Source: Candidatus Nomurabacteria bacterium (GTDB lineage: Bacteria > Patescibacteriota > Minisyncoccia > Phycocordibacterales > UBA9973). From it: 56,555 nucleotides of DNA. Of this stretch, positions 50,220-56,555 are shown in pieces. A program made the translations under genes and the position numbers. Every line of letters begins with the position of its first letter. The first letter of the stretch is position 1. The notes beneath the pieces were generated by a model that was given only the letters and a program-made list of their open reading frames with translations, was not told the DNA's origin and searched no databases. The stretch is taken from contig JBAXFQ010000004.1 of assembly GCA_037139835.1 (NCBI GenBank), positions 1 through 56,555 of the forward strand, in the 5' to 3' direction.

Positions 50220-50449
50220 AATAATATTTACCAATTTTTTGTATTTGGTACTAAAAAAACCGCATTTTGCGGCGCAGTCTGGATATCTTCGTTTTGTTTG
50301 GCCTCCAAATCAAAATAAAGGGTTAAACCCAAACTGAACTTGTAATGGGATTACTATACTATGAATATCTAATTATTGCAAGAATAATTTGTTATTTTAT
50401 TGAAAGTTTACCTCTTTCTATGTTTTATAATTTTTGCTATAATATGGAC

Positions 50450-51076
50450 ATGATTATTACATACCTAGGTAAGCAGTTTTTCAAAATTCAGCAAGGGGAT
50501 TTAATCGTCGCAGTCAATCCAATAAGTAAAGACTCAAAAGGAGAAGTTAAAGGTTCAAGATTTGGCTCAGATATCGCTCTTTCAACTACAAATCACCCAG
50601 ATTATAATGGCTTTGATATGGTATCTCACGGAGAAAATGTTCCTTTTTCAGTAAGTGGTCCTGGTGATTATGAGATAAAAGGAATCTTTATAAAAGGAAC
50701 AATTACAGAAGCTGTTCTAAATGAAAAAAAATATATAAATACAATTTATTCACTGACAATTGATAATATTTCGATTTGCTTTTTGGGTTGTATGTCTCAC
50801 AATAAGGTTTCTACAGAAGTTCGTGGAGATATAGGATCTCCTGATATTTTGTTTGTTCCTATAGGAAATCACGATTTACTTGATCCAGCAGAAGCTTACA
50901 AGTTAGCTGTGTCTCTAGAGCCAAAGATTATTATCCCTATGGACTATGACGAAAAGACATTAAAAGCCTTCCTTAAAGAAGGAGGTCAAGATAAAATTAT
51001 GCCTGTAGACAAACTAACTATTAAAGCAAAAGATATAATAGGAAGAGAAGGAGAAATTGTGGTATTATCAAGCTAG
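50450..51076 (+). CDS. Metallo-beta-lactamase-fold protein (degenerate metal motif)
   Basis: MIITYLG...FKI, GPGDYEIKGI, DILFVPIG, EPKIIIPMDY. Start is 6 nt after TATAAT. Confidence 0.8.
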   Translation: MIITYLGKQFFKIQQGDLIVAVNPISKDSKGEVKGSRFGSDIALSTTNHPDYNGFDMVSHGENVPFSVSGPGDYEIKGIFIKGTITEAVLNEKKYINTIYSLTIDNISICFLGCMSHNKVSTEVRGDIGSPDILFVPIGNHDLLDPAEAYKLAVSLEPKIIIPMDYDEKTLKAFLKEGGQDKIMPVDKLTIKAKDIIGREGEIVVLSS

Positions 51077-51134
51077 TTCATGTGTCTTGTTTATAAGGAT
51101 ACTAAGCGACGTTTTTATGTAGAATTGAAATTAT

Positions 51135-51545
51135 ATGCGAGCACATATTAAAAAATTACAATCGAAAAGTGAAGATACTCGTAAATTAATATTTGTGGGG
51201 GCCATGATTGTGTGTATGTCTTTTGTATCTTTAGTATGGATTTATGGATTAGGAGTAAGATTTGGAAATCCAGAAGTAAAGCAACAAGCAGACGAAGATA
51301 TAAAACCATTTAAATTATTCAGCGACTCAATCTCCTCAACATATAAAAGTGTCAGTGCGAGCGTTGGTAAGATAAGTTTAAAACAAGATCCTATAGTAAC
51401 TACAGATAAGCAAATTGATTTAATACCAAAGGATAATACAAACCAGACCCAAAATGAACAAGTTAATTTAACACCAACAGATAACACAGTCCAAATTTCA
51501 GATAAACAAGTTGATTTAATACCAGTAGAAAATACAAACCAATAA
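51135..51545 (+). CDS. Hypothetical single-TM protein with three C-terminal repeats
   Basis: TM helix; DKQIDLIP / NEQVNLTP / DKQVDLIP. Confidence 0.75.
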   Translation: MRAHIKKLQSKSEDTRKLIFVGAMIVCMSFVSLVWIYGLGVRFGNPEVKQQADEDIKPFKLFSDSISSTYKSVSASVGKISLKQDPIVTTDKQIDLIPKDNTNQTQNEQVNLTPTDNTVQISDKQVDLIPVENTNQ

Positions 51546-51547
51546 TT

Positions 51548-54022
51548 ATGCCCAAAGAACCTAAAAAACAAAAAGAAGAATCACAAAACGAAATAGTGAA
51601 AGAACATGTGAACGTTATTTCTGTAGATATCAGTAGAGAGATGAAAGAGTGTTTTATCGACTACGCAATGTCAGTCATAACTGACCGTGCTTTGCCGGAC
51701 GTTCGTGATGGATTAAAGCCAGTTCATCGTCGTATTCTTTATGCTATGAATGAGATGGGACTCACTTCATCTTCTCGTTTTCGTAAAAGTGCTGCAGTAG
51801 TCGGAGATGTGCTCGGAAAATATCATCCTCATGGTGATGTCGCTGTTTACGATACTATGGTAGGTATGGCACAAGATTTTTCTTATAGATATCCTTTGAT
51901 TCATGGACAAGGTAACTTTGGTTCTATAGATGGCGATGGAGCTGCTGCTATGCGTTATACGGAAGCTAAAATGTCTAAACTTTCTTCTCTGCTTCTTCTT
52001 GATTTAGAAAAAGAAACAGTAGATTTTCGTCCAAACTATGATCAGACTCGAAAAGAGCCAGTCGTTCTTCCTACTGCAGTTCCTAGTTTGCTGTTGAATG
52101 GCACACTGGGTATTGCTGTCGGTATGGCCACAAATATTCCTCCACACAATCTTGCTGAGGTTGTTGATGCCACTATTCATCTTATAGATAATAAAGATGC
52201 TACTACAGAAGACTTAATGAAATTTGTGAAAGGCCCAGACTTTCCTACTGGTGGTATCGCTTATAATCAATCAGATTTACTACATGCTTATTCAACAGGG
52301 CGCGGTGGCGTAGTGACTCGTGGAGAGGCTGAGATTGTAGAACAAAAATCTGGTACTTTTCAAATAATAATCACTTCTATACCTTATAGAGTTAACAAAT
52401 CAAATTTGATAGAGTCAATCGCACTTTTAGTTCAAGAGAAGAAGCTTGAAGGAGTTAAGGGTCTTCGTGATGAATCAACTAAGGATATCCGTATTGCGAT
52501 TGATTTAAAGTCAGGTATTATTCCTGAAAAAGTTTTAAATTATATTTATAAACATACTCAACTCGAGCAGTCTTTTAATTTCAATATTGTTGCACTTGTA
52601 GATGGTATACCTCAAACTTTATCACTAAAGAGTTTGCTTTCTGAATTTATTGCTCATAGAGTAGATATAGTTAGACGCCGTACAGAATATGATTTAAGAA
52701 AAGCGAAAGAAAGAGAACATATACTTTTGGGACTAAAGAAGGCTCTTGATCATATAGATAGAGTTATCTCTGTAATTAGAGCTTCAAAAGATACTGCTAC
52801 TGCAAAGATAAATTTGATGAAAGAGTTCAAATTTTCTGATTTACAGGCAACTGCAATATTAGAAATGAAGCTTCAGAAGCTTGCTGGACTAGAAAGAAAA
52901 AATGTAGAACTTGAATTAAAAGAGAAACAAGAACTTATCAAAGAGCTAGAAGCATTACTTGCAAGTCCGAAGAAAATGCTGAAAGTTATAAGTGATGAAC
53001 TTTCAGAAATAAAAGAAAAATATTCTGATGATAGACGTACGCGCATCATAAAAGGTGGTGTTAAATCTATAAACGAAGAAGACCTCATTCCTGAAAAAGA
53101 ATCTGTTTTAGTATTTACAAAGGGTGGCTATGTTAAACGTACAGATCCATCTGAGTACAAGAATCAGAAGCGTGGGGGTGTGGGAGTTATCGATATAGAG
53201 ACAAAGGATGAAGACTTTGTGACTATGCTCGTATCTGCAAATACTCACAGTGACTTATTATTCTTCACAAACAAAGGAAAAGCCTACCAGATAAAGATGT
53301 ACGATATTCCCGAAGGAAGACGTGCGACAAAAGGTAAGTCCATCATGAATTTCATGTCTCTTGAAGGAGATGAGAAGGTTACTTCGATATTGCCTATTGA
53401 TAAGGAGACAAAGAAGACAGTTGAGCATTTAATGATGGTTACTAAAATGGGAATAACTAAGAAAGTTGCCGCAGAAAGCTTCAAAGATGTACGTCGAAGT
53501 GGATTGATTGCTATTAAACTTGATAAAGATGATGAATTAGAAGCGGTATTAGCTATTGTTAAAGGTGATGATGTAATGCTTGCTACTACAAATGGACAAT
53601 CGATTAGATTTAGTGAAAAAGATGTTCGAGAGATGGGTAGAGCTGCTGGAGGAGTCAAAGCTATGAAGTTGAGTAAAGGAGACTTTATTATTGGAGTTGA
53701 CCGTGTTCCAAAAGGAGAGACTGCTTTAGCTCTACTAACATTATCTTCAAATGGTTTAGGTAAAAAGACAAATATAAAAGAATATAAAACACAAAAGAGA
53801 AGTGGCTCAGGAATAAAGACAGCAAAAGTAACTCCGAAGACAGGTAAGCTCATTGTTGCTAAAATAGTTGGAGAAGAAAATGAAATCATAGCAGTTTCTC
53901 AAAAAGGACAAGTCATAAGAGTAGATCTAAAGTCTATTCCAACTTCAGGGCGCCAGACTCAAGGTGTGACAATAATGAAATTGCATGCAGGGGATAGTAT
54001 CGCATCTATTACATGTTTATAA
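51548..54022 (+). CDS. gyrA: DNA gyrase subunit A
   Basis: [29 protein letters not shown], GyrA box QKRGGVG and C-terminal blades. Confidence 0.98.
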   Translation: MPKEPKKQKEESQNEIVKEHVNVISVDISREMKECFIDYAMSVITDRALPDVRDGLKPVHRRILYAMNEMGLTSSSRFRKSAAVVGDVLGKYHPHGDVAVYDTMVGMAQDFSYRYPLIHGQGNFGSIDGDGAAAMRYTEAKMSKLSSLLLLDLEKETVDFRPNYDQTRKEPVVLPTAVPSLLLNGTLGIAVGMATNIPPHNLAEVVDATIHLIDNKDATTEDLMKFVKGPDFPTGGIAYNQSDLLHAYSTGRGGVVTRGEAEIVEQKSGTFQIIITSIPYRVNKSNLIESIALLVQEKKLEGVKGLRDESTKDIRIAIDLKSGIIPEKVLNYIYKHTQLEQSFNFNIVALVDGIPQTLSLKSLLSEFIAHRVDIVRRRTEYDLRKAKEREHILLGLKKALDHIDRVISVIRASKDTATAKINLMKEFKFSDLQATAILEMKLQKLAGLERKNVELELKEKQELIKELEALLASPKKMLKVISDELSEIKEKYSDDRRTRIIKGGVKSINEEDLIPEKESVLVFTKGGYVKRTDPSEYKNQKRGGVGVIDIETKDEDFVTMLVSANTHSDLLFFTNKGKAYQIKMYDIPEGRRATKGKSIMNFMSLEGDEKVTSILPIDKETKKTVEHLMMVTKMGITKKVAAESFKDVRRSGLIAIKLDKDDELEAVLAIVKGDDVMLATTNGQSIRFSEKDVREMGRAAGGVKAMKLSKGDFIIGVDRVPKGETALALLTLSSNGLGKKTNIKEYKTQKRSGSGIKTAKVTPKTGKLIVAKIVGEENEIIAVSQKGQVIRVDLKSIPTSGRQTQGVTIMKLHAGDSIASITCL

Positions 54023-54050
54023 ATTTACTATAGGGTGTTATAATAAAAAT

Positions 54051-54584
54051 ATGTTTTCCAACCCAGAACAAAATGTTCTTAAATTAGGATTACGAGAAGG
54101 TATGCGAGTGGCTGACTTTGGAGCTGGCACTGGAGCTTATTCTTTTGCTGCAGGAAGACATGTGGGTCATACAGGTCATGTCTATGCTGTAGAAGTCCAG
54201 AAAGGTTTAATTAAAAAATTAGAAAGTGAAATTAAAGAGTTAGGTGTATTAAATGTTGAATGTATTTGGGGTGATATAGAAAAAGTTGGAGGCACTAAGA
54301 TATCCGATCATTCGATGGATGCTATTATAATAGCGAATGTTTTATTTCAGACTGAAGATAAGCTTGGTCTTATAGATGAAGCTAAAAGAATTCTTAAAAA
54401 AGATGGAAAGATCTTACTTATAGACTGGGTATCTTCTTTTAGTAATATGGGTCCATCTATAGAACATGTAATAGAAGAAAGAGTTTCGATTGATTTATTT
54501 ACAAAAAGAGGTTTTAAATTATTTGAAAAAATTACCACTAATGAACATCATTATGGTATAATTTTAATACATAAACATGAATAA
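54051..54584 (+). CDS. Class I SAM-dependent methyltransferase
   Basis: VADFGAGTG, VYAVEV, RILKKDG. Start is the ATG just after TG-T-TATAAT. Confidence 0.9.
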   Translation: MFSNPEQNVLKLGLREGMRVADFGAGTGAYSFAAGRHVGHTGHVYAVEVQKGLIKKLESEIKELGVLNVECIWGDIEKVGGTKISDHSMDAIIIANVLFQTEDKLGLIDEAKRILKKDGKILLIDWVSSFSNMGPSIEHVIEERVSIDLFTKRGFKLFEKITTNEHHYGIILIHKHE

Positions 54585-55890
54585 TTTTCAAACAATTTTA
54601 GTAGCGATATTTTTAGCTTTTTTTGTTTTTGGAGTTTTAGTTTTTTCTGGATTAATCAATATTGGTGGAAGTAAAACAGGCAAGGATGCTATCACTGGTA
54701 AGATTGTTGTATGGGGAACGTTGCCTTACAATCAGACTTCTGACTTACTAGACCATTTAAGTGGTTCTGGTTCAAAGTTTACTATAAAGTATGTACAGCA
54801 AGATGAAAATACTTATCAGAATAGCCTGACTGAAGCTTTTGCTAAGGATCAAGGTCCTGATTTATTCATATTGAAACCAGATATGATATTGAGAAATAGT
54901 GGTTTTATTTATACTATTCCATATGCTAGTTATTCTGAAAAATCTTTCAGGACAACTTATATCGATGGTTCTGATATTTTACTAAATAAAGATGGAGTTA
55001 TGGGGTATCCTTTACTGGTTGATCCCTTGGTTTTGTATTTTAATAAAAATATTTTAGCAAATGAAGGTATACTCTATCCTCCTTCTACTTGGAACGAATT
55101 ATTTACTCTTAGTAGTAAACTTATAAAGAAAAGATCAGATGGTGCTGTAACTCAGAGCATGATAGCCTTGGGAGAGTATGATAATGTAAATCATTCAAAA
55201 GATATACTATCAATGCTACTTCTTCAGAATAAAAATCCAATAGTCAGTCGTACTGATACTGGCTATATTTTAAATCTTAGAGATTTAGCTCCAGATAAAA
55301 CAGTTCCTATTGAGCAAGTTCTTAATTTCTTTTTAGAATTTTCTAACCCATCAAAAGATTCATATACTTGGAATCGTGCTATGGATAATTCTTTTGATAT
55401 GTTTATAAAAGGTAATCTAGCTTTTTATATTGGATATGCAAGTGAGTTATTCAAAATTCAGTCTGTAAACCCAAATTTAAGTTTTGATGTTGCTATGATT
55501 CCTCAATTAAAAAATACTGATGCGAAGACTACTTATGGTCAGATAGACTCAGTGTTCATAAGTAAAAAATCTAAAAATTTGAATTCTGCTTTTGGAGTGG
55601 CTGCTTTGATATCATCCCCTGATTTTCTTAAAGATTTAGCTATAAGTGCATCTTTGCCTACAGCAGATAGGTCTCTATTAAATGTTAAGCCACAAGATCC
55701 TTATCTTTTGACTTTCTTTAATTCGGCTATCGTTTCTAAATCTTGGCTTGATCCAGATAAAGATAAATCAAATTCTATTTTTAGCGAGTTGGTTGAAAAT
55801 TCATTATCAAATAAATTATCGAGTCTTGATGCTATAGATAAAGCTTCAAACCAGCTGGATTTAATTGTCAGATCATATAATACACAATAA
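54577..55890 (+). CDS. Extracellular solute-binding protein (family 1-like), membrane anchored
   Basis: N-terminal TM helix, GPDLF, PL.VD.LVLYFNK, PPSTWNE, F..G.LAFY. Confidence 0.85.
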   Translation: MNNFQTILVAIFLAFFVFGVLVFSGLINIGGSKTGKDAITGKIVVWGTLPYNQTSDLLDHLSGSGSKFTIKYVQQDENTYQNSLTEAFAKDQGPDLFILKPDMILRNSGFIYTIPYASYSEKSFRTTYIDGSDILLNKDGVMGYPLLVDPLVLYFNKNILANEGILYPPSTWNELFTLSSKLIKKRSDGAVTQSMIALGEYDNVNHSKDILSMLLLQNKNPIVSRTDTGYILNLRDLAPDKTVPIEQVLNFFLEFSNPSKDSYTWNRAMDNSFDMFIKGNLAFYIGYASELFKIQSVNPNLSFDVAMIPQLKNTDAKTTYGQIDSVFISKKSKNLNSAFGVAALISSPDFLKDLAISASLPTADRSLLNVKPQDPYLLTFFNSAIVSKSWLDPDKDKSNSIFSELVENSLSNKLSSLDAIDKASNQLDLIVRSYNTQ

Positions 55891-55892
55891 TT

Positions 55893-56555
55893 ATGAAAAA
55901 TTTTATCAGTAAATTTATTTTAAGTATTATTTTTGTTTTATTTTCTACTTCAATCGCTGTTGCTGCATCGGGTATAACTATAACACCTAGTAATATAACT
56001 TCAAGCAGCGTATTTTTAAATATTTCAGGAGCTAGTCCTCTTACTACTTTAACAATATATGTTTTTGGTGATGGAAATTTAAGTCCTGGTTTTTCTTATT
56101 CTCAAAATATAGATGTTACTACAGATGACTTTGGTGCTGCGGGTATAAAATTTATGCTTCCAGCAGATAAAAGTTTTACTGTTACTACAAGTGTTGATAC
56201 TAGTGCTGTGCTTGCTACTTTTAGTACTCTTCCAGCTCCTGCACCAGGTAATGCAACAACTGTTTCAGTAAAGGCAGGTACTTTAACTACTAATTCTGTG
56301 ACAGTTGCTGCTGCTGGTATATTAGATAGGAATACTTATATTTTTAGTATTTATAATGTATCTGATTATCCAAACGGAAATCCTCTAAGTTCTCAAACTG
56401 TTTCTGTTCAAAATCCAGGAGATCCTGTAGAAGCAACTTTTACAGGTTTACCATCTGGTCAAGTCTATATAGTTAAACTGTCTACGGGAGTAGGAGCTGC
56501 ATTTACTTCACCTGTGATTACTAATTCTTTTTCTACAATAGTTGGTCCTGGTGTT
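55893..56555 (+). CDS. Secreted beta-rich (FN3/Ig-like) protein, truncated by the window end
   Basis: ATG at 55893, signal peptide MKNFISKFILSIIFVLFSTSIAVA; the frame appears open to the end. Confidence 0.75.
   Translation, partial: MKNFISKFILSIIFVLFSTSIAVAASGITITPSNITSSSVFLNISGASPLTTLTIYVFGDGNLSPGFSYSQNIDVTTDDFGAAGIKFMLPADKSFTVTTSVDTSAVLATFSTLPAPAPGNATTVSVKAGTLTTNSVTVAAAGILDRNTYIFSIYNVSDYPNGNPLSSQTVSVQNPGDPVEATFTGLPSGQVYIVKLSTGVGAAFTSPVITNSFSTIVGPGV

Noticed and set aside
52873-53889. Antisense ORFs within gyrA, and similar short ORFs nested in secA, dnaE, hisS, rpsA and others
   Set aside because: They are shadows of well-supported genes, with no motifs or expression signals.
1815-55890. 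Alternative genetic code (UGA as Gly, as in Gracilibacteria/Absconditabacteria)
   Set aside because: Conserved genes translate full length under the standard bacterial code, and TGA ends the M1 peptidase and histidine kinase ORFs.

Overview
This AT-rich chromosomal window most likely comes from a Patescibacteria/CPR (Parcubacteria-like) bacterium. The 16S rRNA gene is unlinked, lacks the anti-Shine-Dalgarno tail and has a GGA variant in the 515F site, and many genes start within a few nt of a -10 box. Housekeeping content: 16S rRNA, RNase P RNA, secA, dnaE, rnhB, an M1 aminopeptidase, tRNA-Asn, a dinB-like polymerase, a SAM-I riboswitch with metK, raiA, fmt, def, hisS, lepB, pth, rpsA and gyrA. 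An accessory block (about 17.2-41 kb) is rich in redox and heme functions. The strongest candidate for a new system is an apparent operon at 27.8-35.3 kb. It couples a ferric-reductase-like NAD(P)H/FAD/heme-b membrane oxidoreductase to membrane-anchored surface proteins that carry four Cys-containing cytochrome b5 domains spaced by FN3/Ig modules, which could form an extracellular electron conduit or heme trap. Other notable signals: (1) a family of short structured elements attached to tRNA or tRNA-like sequences, (2) a 116-bp TIR element that duplicated the secA start, (3) two mutually complementary small RNA units beside rnpB, (4) recurrent cassette-like intergenic sites, (5) a Bacteroidota-like sigma factor, and (6) unannotated small basic proteins. 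All calls are by-eye motif recognition; no searches were run.
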